Positions 1-11,065 of a stretch of 64,000 nt of DNA are shown piece by piece (position 1 is the stretch's first letter; every line of letters begins with the position of its first letter). Made by a program: the position numbers and the translations under genes. The notes below the pieces were generated by a model. The model searched no databases and was not told where the DNA came from. It saw only the letters and a list, made by a program, of their open reading frames with translations. The DNA lies in NCBI RefSeq assembly GCF_963921235.1, contig NC_086118.1:19222001-19286000 (forward strand), given 5' to 3'. The stretch is from Mobula hypostoma (taxonomy: Eukaryota).

Positions 1-958
1 GTGTGATCTGGACCAGCTGGAGAAATGGGCTAAAAAATGGCAGAGGGAACTTAATACAGACAATTGTGAGGTGTTGCACTTTGGGAGGACCAACAAGGGT
101 AAGGCTTACACTATGAGTGGTAAGGCACAGCAGAATATGGTAGAACAGAGGGAAACAAGAGAAAATCTGCAGATGCTAGAAATCCAAGCAATGCACATAA
201 AATGCTGAAGGAACTCAGCAGGCCCAGCAGCATCTTTGGAAAAGAGTACAGTCAACATTTCAGGCCAAGACCCTTGGAATCCGTACTCATAATTCCTTGA
301 AAGTGGTGTCAGAGGCAGATAGGGTCGTAAGGTGTGCTTTTAGGATATTGGCTTTCATAAATCAAAGTACAGGAGTTGGGATGTTATGTTGAGGTTGTAT
401 AAGATGTTGATGAGGCCTAATTTGGAGTATTGAGTCCAGTTTTGGTCACTAACCTACACAAAAGAATCAATAAGATTGGAAGAGTACAGAGAAAATTTAT
501 CAGACTGTTGCCAGGACTTGTGGACCTGAGTTATTAGGAAAAGTAGAATAGGTTAGGATTTTATTCCTTAAAATGTAGGAGAATGAAGGGAGATTTGATG
601 GAGGTATACACAATTAAGAGGGGTGAAGATGAGGTAAATACAAACAGGCTTTTTTCATTGAGGTTGGATGAGACTAGAACTGGAGATCATGGGTTAAGGG
701 TGAAAGGTGCAACATTGAAGGGGACCATGAGAGGGAACTTATTCACTCAGAGTACGTTGAGAGTGTGGAATGAGCTGCCAATTGAAGTGATGGATGCAGC
801 TTCAATTTCAACATTTAAGAGAAATTTGGATAGGTACATGGTTGAGAGGGGTATGGAGGGCTATGGCCTAGGGGCAGGTCAATGGGACTATGTAAAATAA
901 CAGTTCAGCATGGACTGGATAGTCTAAAGAGCGCTTTCTGTGCTGTAGTGTTCTATGA
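1..958 (+). mobile_element. CR1-type LINE, decayed 3' portion (ORF2 C-terminus and 3' UTR)
   Basis: ORF 583-900 has CR1 ORF2 C-terminal motifs (RLFSL..TRTGDHGL..RGNLFTQ..RVWNELP..FKRNLD); upstream KCEVLHFG-like and RPxLEY-like segments carry stops. Interrupted at about 154-274 by a PLE 3' fragment. Confidence 0.85.
154..274 (-). mobile_element. Penelope-like element 3'-terminal fragment
   Basis: AAACAAGAGAAAATCTGCAGATGCT...CAGTCAACATTTCAGGCCAAGACCCTT is the reverse complement of the PLE terminus at 5830-5949. Confidence 0.75.
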
Positions 959-1186
959 AACTAAAAGTCATTTCTTATCATCTGTCAGACGCATACGCCT
1001 TACATTGTGGAAAGACAAAGTCAGCCGACTTTTTCCAAGTCTAACATCTTGAAGGCAACATATGGGTTTAGAAATATACTGCCAATTCATTGAGCCAAGA
1101 CTCTGGAACACACAAACTAAAACACTATGGGTATATTTTCATCATCAAGAATATAAAATGGATTGAAGACATCTTTCCATCACCAG

Positions 1187-2055
1187 TGTTACATACCTCA
1201 AGGAGACCTTGTGACTTTCTTGTGAGAATGATGTAATGGTCTTTTGGAGGTCACCTGATGTAATTTTCCTGCCAATGCGAGGTCACATGATGAGATGCAC
1301 ACCATGGGTATAAAAGGGAAGACCCCTGATGACGCAGTTAGTTTTCTAGTTTGAACATTAGTTCGAGACTCTGTTCCGTTGCTTATTCGCTTTATGACGC
1401 AGTTTCATTTTTAAAATGGAGTTGTACGTTCTATTGTAAGGTACAATAGTGCGGGACTGGCAGTTTACCCATTTCTGCCAGATTTGTTGATGTACCTTTT
1501 CAGTAGTATTGGAGAGTGAAGACTTTATCGAGGTACAGGATCTGAAGGATTAAGAAAAGTTGGTAATGTTCGGAAGTTTAACAAAGGATTGACCTTATTG
1601 AGTCTTCGTTGAAGAAGTAACGACCTGCATTGAGGATAACTCCTGCCAAAAGAGAAAGGTAGTTCATGCGGAATTTGCTCACCAGAAGGAAGGTCAGTTG
1701 TTCTAAGCCATTTATTTCCTTCACTGTGAATCCTTTGGACAGAAACAGCAGGAAAGTCGCGTCTATGAAGAAATCTTTCTCCAGAGAAGTCTCTCCCAAT
1801 TGAATGTATAAATCTGTTGGACTTTCGAATTCACCATCTTAAGAACTGTAGTTGATTTTACCACTTTAAGAACTGATTTTGCATTTATCGCTTTAAGAAC
1901 CAGTACCGAGTGGCGATTTGTTGAACAGCCGCATAGCTGTTAACTTCCAGTTAAGGTTGTCATTTTTTTTTATTGTTTATCCGTGTTTCATGAATGTTTG
2001 GATGCTTTTATATAACCTGACCAGATTGATGTTTATTGTTGCTGGTTACGTAACA
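1187..2055 (+). repeat. 5' LTR of Gmr1-like element
   Basis: Starts TGTTACATACC and ends GGTTACGTAACA (terminal inverted repeat); TATAAAA near 1308; direct repeat of 9682-10518. Confidence 0.9.
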
Positions 2056-2060
2056 TAAAT

Positions 2061-2079
2061 TGTCGGGGCTCGTCCAGAT
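2061..2079 (+). other. Primer-binding site, tRNA-Pro-like
   Basis: TGTCGGGGCTCGTCCAGAT lies 5 nt after the LTR and resembles the canonical PBS-Pro TGGGGGCTCGTCCGGGAT. Confidence 0.7.
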
Positions 2080-2185
2080 TTTGTTCCAAATTTTTTAGCT
2101 TGTTTAATTGCCATTCTGATTTGGAAAAGGGAAATACCCAATTTTTTTTTTAGTTTGATTGGTGTGTGAGTGGTATTCGACTGCA

Positions 2186-4074
2186 ATGAATATTGACAAC
2201 TTTATGGATTTGCCTGACCTGTTTTTAGCGAATGCAAGAAAACCTGTTGTATCGGAGATTGTTAGGAGGTTGGATATTAAAGGAATTCCGAAGGGTACAA
2301 CAAAGGCTTTAATTCAAAGAAAAATCACTGAGCATTATATAAGTTTGGAAAAGTTTGATGATGAGGTGTTAGATAGGTTTCCAATGAGTAATCTGGAAAT
2401 GCAGTTACATCTTGAACAGATAAAATTTGAATGATTTAAAGCAGAAATGGCCGAAAGAAAGGCAAATAAAAAAAGGGAATTTGAAGAAAGAGAGGAAAGT
2501 AAACTTAGGGAATTTAAAGAAAGAGAAGCTAAAAACCAGAGGAAATTTGAGCTAGAGATGGAGAAATTAAGGAAGGGAAATCAGTCTTCTGGTTCTGACA
2601 AACAGTTTATTGCTGGTCGTGAGGTCATTTTGGCTCCTCCATTTAATGAAGCTGAAGTGGACAAATATTTCCAGCACTTCGAAACTATTGCTCTGAGTTT
2701 AGTGTGGCTGAAAGAGCAATGGCCAGTGATGTTACAAAGTGTAATTAAAGGCAAGGCACAAGTTTATACAACTTTAAATGCTGAGCAAGCACTGAATTAT
2801 GATATTGTTAAACAGCATATATTAAAGGCATACGAGCTGGTTCCGGAAGCGTATAGAGAAGATTCAGAAATTTGAAGAAAATTGTGGAAAAAACTTATGC
2901 GGAATTTACCTATGAGAAATCTGTGTGTTTTGAGAGATGGGTTTCCTCTAAAAATGTGAATGGGGAGTATAATAAATTAAAAGAGTTGATTTTACTGGAG
3001 GAATTTAAAAGAAGTACTCCTGTTGGAGTGAGAACATACTTAAATGAAAGGGATACTGCTACATTGCAGGAGATTGCTAAACTAGCTGATGAGTATGCTT
3101 TAATTCATAAGAATACATTTTCTCCAGGGAGAACTTTTAAAAGGGAAAATAGCACAGAGAGTCAAGGTAAACCAGAAATTAAGTCTGAAGTTAGTGAGAA
3201 AGGTAAGGATGAAGGAAGATATGTGAAAGAAAGACATTTTGGTATTATTTGTAATTACTGTAAGAAACCTGGACATATAATAGCTAACTGTTTTCAATTG
3301 AAAAAGAAAGAGAAGGAAGCAGTCCCAAATGCTTGTGTGCAGCATATTAATACACCTGTAAATTCACAGAGTTTGATAAATACTAATGAAGTTTTGTCAG
3401 ATTCTGACCAATTTAAGAGGGGATATGAACATTTTATAACCGAGGGGTATGTATCCTTGAAAGAGGGATCCAATCCTGTACCAATATGTATACTGAGATA
3501 TACTGGAGCTTCTCAATCACTAATATTAGACAGTGTGCTAAAGTTTAGTGATGAGTCTGACATTGGTGATATGAACTATATAAGCAGAGTTGGGAGAACC
3601 CTTATGCCAGTACATTTACATAGAGTAAATTTAAGGTCAGGATTAGTTACAGGGGTTGTTAAAGTAGGACTACAATCCAGTTTACCTGTGCATGATGTTT
3701 CTCTTTTGTTAGGGAATGACTTAGCAGGTGGACAAGTTTTTCCTGAAGTGCATATGGCAATAAATCCTAATTCTGAGGAACCACAGAGGGATTCTAACAC
3801 AGGTTCTTCCTGTGTTGTAACAAGAGCTATGGCTAAAAAGACTGATGTACAGGATGAGGTTGTTACCCGTGACTGTTCAACTTGGGATGCAAATTTTGAG
3901 GATGTGTCAGAAATTTTCTTACCTACATTATTTGATCAGGATTTTAGTAGTAAGTCTGACCATGAAGATTTGTCTTTATCTCAGAAGGAGATGATAGCAG
4001 AGCAGGGTAGAGATCCTGAGATAGTTAAATTAAAGGAGCAAACTCTTCCAGATAGTGAAATTAAGAAGTTGGCA
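2186..4074 (+). pseudogene. gag: gag-protease of Gmr1-like element (disrupted)
   Basis: Capsid/SCAN-like region (PPFNEAEVDKYFQHFE...ELILLEEFK), CCHC knuckle CNYCKKPGHIIANC, protease motif ILRYTGASQS (catalytic Asp replaced by Tyr) and LLLGNDL. Stop at 2432 and frameshift near 2870. Confidence 0.88.
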
Positions 4075-4134
4075 ACATACATCAAAGTTGCTGGTGAACG
4101 CAGCAGGCCAAGCAGCATCTATAGGAAGAGGCGC

Positions 4135-4170
4135 AGTCGACGTTTCAGGCCGAGACCCTTCGTCAGGACT
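4135..4170 (-). ncRNA. Minimal type I hammerhead ribozyme motif (PLE-associated)
   Basis: Reverse complement reads AGTC-CTGACGA-A-GGGTCTCGGCCT-GAAA-C-GTC-GACT: complete core, stem I AGTC/GACT, stem II, GUC cleavage triplet. Confidence 0.8.
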
Positions 4171-5039
4171 AACTGAAGGAAGAGTGAGTAAGGGATTTGA
4201 AAGCTGGAGGGGGAGGGGGAGATGCAAAATGATAGGAGAAGACAGGAGGGGGAGGGATAGAGCCGAGAGCTGGACAGGTGATAGGCAAAAGGGGATACGA
4301 GAGGATCATGGGACAGGAGGTCCGGGAAGAAAGACGGGGGGGGGTGACCCAGAGGATGGGCAAGAGGTATATTCAGAGGGACAGAGGGAGAAAAAGGAGA
4401 GTGAGAGAAAGAATGTGTGCATAAAAATGAGTAACAGATGGGGTACGAAGGGGAGGTGGGGCCTAGCGGAAGTTAGAGAAGTCAATGTTCATGCCATCAG
4501 GTTGGAGGCTACCCAGACGGAATATAAGGTGTTGTTCCTCCAACCTGAGTGTGGCTTCATCTTTACAGTAGAGGAGGCCATGGATAGACATGTCAGAATG
4601 GGAATGGGATGTGGAATTAAAATGTGTGGCCACTGGGAGATCCTGCTTTCTCTGGCAGACAGAGCGTAGATGTTCAGCAAAGCGGTCTCCTAGTCTGCGT
4701 CGGGTCTCACCAATATATAAAAGGCCACATCAAGAGCACCGGACGCAGTATATCACCCCAGTCGACTCACAGGTGAAGTGATGCCTCACCTGGAAGGACT
4801 GTTTGGGGCCCTGAATGGTGGTAAGGGAGGAAGTGTAAGGGCATGTGTAGCACTTGTTCCGCTTACATGGATAAGTGCCAGGAGGGAGATCAGTGGGGAG
4901 GGATGGGGGGGACGAATGGACAAGGGAGTTGTGTAGGGAGCGATCCCTGCGGAATGCAGAGAGAGGGGGGGAGGGAAAGATGTGCTTAGTGGTGGGATCC
5001 CGTTGGAGGTGGCGGAAGTTACGGAGAATAATATGTTGG

Positions 5040-5525
5040 AGGGATCGCTCCCTACACAACTCCCTTGTCCATTCGTCCCCCCCATCCCTCCCCACTGATC
5101 TCCCTCCTGGCACTTATCCGTGTAAGCGGAACAAGTGCTACACATGCTCTTACACTTCCTCCCTTACCACCATTCAGGGCCCCAAACAGTCCTTCCAGGT
5201 GAGGCATCCCTTCACCTGTGAGTCGACTGGGGTGATATACTGCGTCCGGTGCTCTCGATGTGGCCTTTTATATATTGGTGAGACCCGACGCAGACTGGGA
5301 GACCGCTTTGCTGAACATCTACGCTCTGTCCGCCAGAGAAAGCAGGATCTCCCAGTGGCCACACATTTTAATTCCACATCCCATTCCCATTCTGACATGT
5401 CTATCCACGGCCTCCTCTACTGTAAAGATGAAGCCACACTCAGGTTGGAGGAACAACACCTTATATTCCGTCTGGGTAGCCTCCAACCTGATGGCATGAA
5501 CATTGACTTCTCTAACATCCGCTAG
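5040..5525 (+). pseudogene. PLE ORF C-terminus: CxxxxCxxC Zn motif and GIY-YIG endonuclease (5'-truncated)
   Basis: PCKRNKCYTC...TCESTGVIYCVRCSRCGLLYIGETRRRLGDRFAEH...VATHFN...RLEEQHLIFRLGSLQPDGMNIDF. A mirror copy lies on the minus strand at about 4463-5039. Confidence 0.88.
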
Positions 5526-5817
5526 GCCCCACCTCCCCTTCGTACCCCATCTGTTACTCATTTTTATGCACACATTCTTTCTCTCACTCTCCTTTTTCTC
5601 CCTCTGTCCCTCTGAATATACCTCTTGCCCATCCTCTGGGTCACCCCCCCCCGTCTTTCTTCCCAGACCTCCTGTCCCATGATCCTCTCGTATCCCCTTT
5701 TGCCTATCACCTGTCCAGCTCTCGGCTCCATCCCTCCCCCTCCTGTCTTCTCCTATCATTTTGCATCTCCCCCTCCCCCTCCAGCTTTCAAATCCCTTAC
5801 TCACTCTTCCTTCAGTT

Positions 5818-5853
5818 AGTCCTGACGAAGGGTCTCGGCCTGAAACGTCGACT
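5818..5853 (+). ncRNA. Minimal type I hammerhead ribozyme motif (PLE-associated)
   Basis: AGTC-CTGACGA-A-GGGTCTCGGCCT-GAAA-C-GTC-GACT. The CUGANGA/GAAA/NUH core is intact and stem III is reduced to a CG dinucleotide. Confidence 0.8.
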
Positions 5854-5963
5854 GTGCCTCTTCCTACAGATGCTGCTTGGCCTGCTGCGTTCACCAGCAA
5901 CTTTGATGTGTGTTGCTTGAATTTCCAGCATCTGCAGAATTCCTGTTGTTTAAGAAGTTGGCA

Positions 5964-7130
5964 GTTGGATATTATTTTGAAAAGGGAGTATTAATCAGAA
6001 AGTAGAGATCGCCTACAATTCCTGCTAGTGAGGAATGGGAAGTTAATCACCAGGTAGTAGTTCCTAAAGTTTATCGAAATGAGATTTTAACTATGGTTCA
6101 TAGTATTCCTTTGGGTGGCCATTTAGGTGTAAAGAAAACTATGAACAAAGTTTCAAAAAATTTTTTACTGGCCTAGTTTAAGAAAAGATGTAGCGACATT
6201 TTGCAGAACGTGTCATATGTGTGAAATTCTGGGTAAACCTAATCAAGTTACTCCAGTGGCCCCACTGCAACCAGTTCCAGCATTTGGTGAGCTGTTCTCA
6301 AAAATCATTGTAGATTGTGTAGGTCCTTTGCCAAAAACTAAAACTGGACATCAATATTTGTTAACTATTATGTGCACAGAGTCTAGGTTTCCAGAGGCAA
6401 TATCTCTTAGGAATATAACAGCCAAAACTGTGATGAAGGCTCTTATAAAATTCTTTACTTATTTTAGGTTGCCTAAGGAAATACAATTGGATCAAGGTAG
6501 TAATTTTATGTCTGGATTGTTTCAGCAGATAGTTTATAAACTGGGAGCAAAACAGAGTACCTCATCTGCATATCATCCAGAATCACAAGGAGCCTTGGAG
6601 ACATTCCATTCGACATTAAAAACTATGATTAGGATGTATTGTGGGGAAAATGAAAAGGACTGGGGATGAAGGTATACATTTACTACTTTTTGCAGTAAGA
6701 GAGACAGTGCAGGAATCATTAGATTTTAGTCCTTTTGAACTTGTGTTTGGGCATAGAGTTCAAGGACCTTTGGCTTTGTTGAAGGAACAGTGGATTAATA
6801 AAGAAGTACACACTAATTTGCTAGATTATGTTTTAAAATTTAAATAAATATTATAGAAAGCTTGTAGCTTGGCAAAGGAAAATTTAAAATTGGCTCAACA
6901 GAAGTTGAAGACTTTATATGATAAGGAAGCTAGAAAGAGGTTATTTAAGCCTGGAGATGAGGTGCTGGTTCTTTTCCTGGTGCAAACGAACCCATTACAA
7001 GCTAAGTTTCATGGTCCTTATGAGATTAAATCTAAAGTAAATGATACGGATTATCTGATTAAAAACCCCAGATCGAAGAAAGCCAACACAGCTGTGTCAT
7101 ATAAATATGATAAAACTGTATTATGAGAGA
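5964..7130 (+). pseudogene. Integrase of Gmr1-like element (disrupted)
   Basis: HHCC (H..PLGGHLG...YWP...CRTCHMC), DDE core (IIVDCVGP; QLDQGSNF; YHPESQGALE), FSPFELVFG and GPY motif. Frameshifts near 6170 and 6665, stop at 6845. Confidence 0.9.
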
Positions 7131-7310
7131 GAAGCTGCTACTATGAATGTTGTGATCAATAAAGAGTCTGATCTTTCTAAAAACTTAATGGATGATTCAT
7201 CTGAAACTAATTTTAAACCCAACATTATTTCTGCTAGGTTACCAAACTCAAAAATTCTAAAAAATATTGATGAAAAATTAGCTCATTTACAGCCAGAGTA
7301 GAGAGAGCAG

Positions 7311-9484
7311 ATGAAACAATTAATTTTTAAATATAGAGATTTATTTCCAGACGTTCCTAGAAGAACTACCATAGCTACACATGATGGAGATGTTAGAGAT
7401 GCAAAACCTCTAAAACAACATCCATATCAAATGAACAGGGGAAAACGTGAACTTGCCAAAAAAGAAATTAAGTATATGTTAGAGAATGACATTATTAGAC
7501 ATTCTAATTTGAATTGGAGTTCACTGTGTGTTATGGTGCCTAAGCCAGACAATAGTATTAGGTTTTGTACAGATTACAGGAAGGTGAATGCTGTGACAAA
7601 AACTGATGCATATCCAACCCCTAGGGTAGATAATTGTGTGGATAAAGTTGGACAAGCCGAGTTCCTTACAAAGATTGATTTGTTGAAAGGTTATTGGTGT
7701 GTTCCATTGATGGATAGAGGTAGAGAGGTTTCTGCATTTAGATAGATAGATAGATAAATAGATACACTTTATTAATCCCGAGGGAAATTTGGTTTCGTTA
7801 CAGCCGCACCAACCAAGAATCGAGCATAAATATAGCAATACAAAACCCCCCAACAATCAAACAACAAAATGCAAACTATGCCAGATGGAAAGTAAGTCCA
7901 GGACCAGTCTATTGGCTCAGAGTGTCTGACCTTCCAAGGGAGGAGCTGCACGTTCAATGGCCACAGGCAGGAACGACCTTCCGTGCCACCAAGTGTTGTA
8001 TCACGGTGGAATGTGGCCGAAGTCCAACAGTAAAAAGTTCAATATCTAGTCTGCAAACACATTTCTTGATCGTAATATGCCCCGGATTGCACCATCCGTT
8101 GTAAACCAGATCAGTAAGCACCCAACTCCTTTACGTTTACCACTCTCAGTGCACTTCCGGTCAGCCGGAACGGTATTACCCACTGAACTCCTCTTCTCCA
8201 AAAGTCTCTGTTGTCTCGACCCGGTCCTCTTTCCTCGGCTTTGTGATCCCCCTCTGTGTGTTCTCCTCCAGATTTCAGCGGGGGTGCCCTCCGCTCTGTT
8301 CGCTAAACCGGCCGGTATTTGCTGGTCCGTGGAATACTCAATACAACCTTGCTTCTGTCCCGCGTGTCGGGATGTAACCATTTCCAGCGCTAAAGAAAAC
8401 CCAAATAAAATTCTCTCTACCAGCATGTTAGAGAGAGTGCATCTTCGTCGTGTTACCGTGAGAAAAAAAATACAAAAAAAACATAAATTAAAAAGTAAGA
8501 AGAAGAAAGTAAGAATAGATCGGAACGGCTGTACCAGGCTGCATGCATGACCGGACCATTTGTAACCCCATCTGGGATTTATGAATATAATGTTCTTCCA
8601 TTTGGGATGAAGAATGCACCAGTTACTTTCCAGAGGATGATTAATAGTGTGATTCATGGATTACAAGATGCAGATGCCTATATTGATGGTTTAGTTACAG
8701 GAAATAATACGTGGAAAGCATATATTACTGCGGTAGAGAAACTATTTGAGAGCCTTTCAAAAGCTAACTTAACTATTAACTTCGCTAAAAGTGAATTTGT
8801 CATGCCACAGTGACTTACCTTGGTAATGTTGTGGGTCAAGGAAAATTAGCTCCTGTTCAAACAAAAGTACAGGCAATTTTAGAAGTATCCACTCCAACTG
8901 ATAAGAAAACTCTCAGAAGATTCTTGGGTATGGTAGGATATTACAGAAAATTTTGTAAGACTTTTGCGAATGTTGCTCTTCAATTAACTAATCTCTTGAA
9001 GAAAAATAAAAAGTTTGTTTGGACAGAGTCTTGTCAGGAAGCATTTGATAAATTGAAAACTATAATATGTAGTCAACCTGTACTCAAATCTCCTGACTTT
9101 AAAAAACCATTTTCGTTAGCTGTAGATGCTAGTGATGAAGCTGCAGGAACAGTGTTACTTCAAAGAGATGATGGTGATGAAGTTGATCATCTGCTAGCTT
9201 ATTTTTCTAAGAAATTTAATGCCCATCAAAGAAGTTATTCAACAATATAAAAGGGATTATTATCCATTGTTTTGGCTTTACAACATTTTGAAGTGTATGT
9301 TAGTACTACTTGTAAACAACTCACAGTTTATACCGATCATAATCCGTTAGTGTTTTTGAGTAAGAGGAAAAACAAAAATAGAAGATTATTAAATTAGAGT
9401 TTAATGTTACAGGAGTGTAATATTTTGATCACTCATATTAAAGGTAAAGATAATGTGATCGCTGATTGTCTATCTAGATGTTAA
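7311..9484 (+). pseudogene. pol: Reverse transcriptase and RNase H of Gmr1-like element (disrupted, split by insertion 7740-8556)
   Basis: RFCTDYRKVN, KIDLLKGYW, SAF|VTP split by the insertion, LPFGMKNAP, YIDG (YIDD mutated), RRFLGMVGYYRKF, RNase H VDASD, YTDHNPL, NVIADCLSRC then stop at 9482-9484. Confidence 0.92.
7740..8556 (-). mobile_element. Short internally deleted Rex/Babar-like LINE derivative with (CTAT)n tail
   Basis: TSD CATTT (7735-7739, 8557-8561). The minus-strand 3' end is ...TTTCCCTCGGGATTAATAAAG + (TCTA)n. The 5' part encodes IEYSTDQ...PAEIWRRTHRG, like the basic N-terminus of these LINE ORFs. Confidence 0.65.
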
Positions 9485-9671
9485 ATGTACAATGAAAAAT
9501 TTTTTTATGGATTGGTATTTTAACATTTGTTACACTGTTATTGTATATTATTTTGTAAAGTGCTGAAAGATAATACTGTGTATATTGTTGTTAATTTTAT
9601 ACCTTTGTATTTTTTTTGTGTAAATTGTCAATTGTTAAAATTTTGTTCCTTAAGAGACCAAAATTTTTTTT

Positions 9672-9681
9672 GGGAGGGAGG
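9672..9681 (+). other. Polypurine tract
   Basis: GGGAGGGAGG preceded by a T-run, immediately before the 3' LTR. Confidence 0.8.
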
Positions 9682-10518
9682 TGTGACTTTCTTGTGAGAA
9701 TGATGTAATGGTCTTTTGGAGTTCACCTGATGTAACTTTCCCGCCGATGTGAGGTCACACAATGACATGTTCACCACGGGCATAAAGGGAAGACCCCTGG
9801 TGACACAGTTTTCCAGCTAGAACGTTAGTTCGAGCCTCCGTTCCATTGCGTATTTGCTTTATGACGCAGTTTCATTTTTAAAACGGAGTTTTACATTCTA
9901 TTGTAAGGTACAATAGTGCTGGACTGGCAGTTTACCTATTTCTGCCAGATTTGTTGATGTATCTTTTCAGTTGTATTGGAGAATGAAGACTTTATCGAAG
10001 TACAGGATCTGAAGGATTAAGAAAAGTTGGTAATGTTCCGCAGTTTAACAAAGGATTGACCTTATTGAGTCTTTGTTGAAGAAGTAGTGACCTGCATCGA
10101 AGATAACTCCTGCCAAAAGAGAAAGGTAGTTCATGCAGGATTTGCTCGCCAGAAGAAAGGTCAGTTGCTTTAAGCCATTTATTTCCTTCATCATGAATCC
10201 TTTGGACAGAACCAGCAGGAAAGTCACATCTATGAAGAAATCTTTCTCCAGAGAAGTCTCTCTCAATTGAATGTATAAATCTGTTGGACTTTTGAATTCA
10301 CCATTTCAAGAACTGTATTTGACTTTACCGCTTTACGAACTGATTTCGCATTTATCACTTTAAGAACCAGTACCGAGTGGTGATTTGTTGAACAGTCGCA
10401 TAGCAGTTCTGGTTAAGGTTGTCATTTGTTTTTTATTGTTTATCCGTGTTTAATAAATGTTTGGTTGTTTTTTTATGACCTGACCCGATTGATATTCATT
10501 GTTGCTGGTTATGTAACA
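9682..10518 (+). repeat. 3' LTR of Gmr1-like element
   Basis: Direct repeat of 1210-2055 (roughly 90% identical by eye, many CpG-type transitions); ends GGTTATGTAACA. Confidence 0.92.
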
Positions 10519-11065
10519 CCACCAACTAAAGTGCTATTTGGAATGGACAATATATGCTGGTCTTACCAAAAAAATCCACATCTCAAAAGTGAAAGAACAG
10601 AAAATAATTTTCTTTCTATTTCATGTTCACAGTTCTGTGATTGATTTACCCTTTACTGAACTTTATTTCAATGTATATAGATTCCACATCTAGCTGCTTA
10701 TTAATTATGTCCTTTCTTGCAACTGGTATTATGCCCTGCAGATTACAATGGGATTGATAGTATAGCTGTTAGTACTCACCACAGGGCACAGGATTTCAAA
10801 CGTCAATGCCTGCACACATTGTGTCAATTGCAGAAAAGCAAGGGTTGCAGCTACGTTTGTAATTATTTTCTGCTGCTCGTACCAACAGCGAATTGATGAA
10901 AACATCAACTATTTATTATTTTTTTCTCACTGATAAAGGGTGTATATTTTGAATGAGATGTGACCAGGTTTTTATGGCTTACACAGTCGTTAGGACTACT
11001 TAACAGCTGCTGAGGAGATGTCTACAAATATCAAGGTGAAAAGAATGGGGATAAGAGGCCAAGAC

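Larger units (their letters stand above)
4075..5949. mobile_element. Head-to-head palindromic insertion of two 5'-truncated Neptune-type Penelope-like elements
   Basis: Arms 4072-4948 and 5040-5916 are reverse complements with a 91-bp spacer. Flanked by direct repeat TTAAGAAGTTGGCA (4061-4074, 5950-5963). Each arm encodes a Zn motif plus a GIY-YIG endonuclease. Confidence 0.93.
1187..10518 (+). mobile_element. Full-length decayed Gypsy LTR retrotransposon, Gmr1-like (gag-PR-IN-RT-RH)
   Basis: Two LTRs with TGTTACA...TGTAACA termini, PBS, PPT and near-TSD CCAG (1183-1186)/CCAC (10519-10522). The integrase core at 6217-7100 lies upstream of RT (7311 onward). Contains two nested insertions. Confidence 0.93.

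Noticed and set aside
2872..4176. 434-aa ORF as a host zinc-finger or SCAN gene
   Set aside because: It lies between LTRs in a frameshifted gag-pol, and its C-terminus runs into the inserted PLE.
4875..5525. 216-aa ORF as an intact GIY-YIG nuclease gene
   Set aside because: Its first 55 or so codons are antisense PLE sequence read through the palindrome centre, and the start is GTG. It is a by-product of the inversion.
4061..5963. Palindrome as a sequencing fold-back artefact
   Set aside because: The arms differ at scattered sites, each has unique sequence, a TSD is present, and the host integrase region continues correctly after it. Read-level confirmation is still desirable.
1578..10266. 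Duplicated 73-aa minus-strand ORFs (1578-1799, 10045-10266)
   Set aside because: They are the two LTR copies, have non-ATG starts and contain no recognisable domain.
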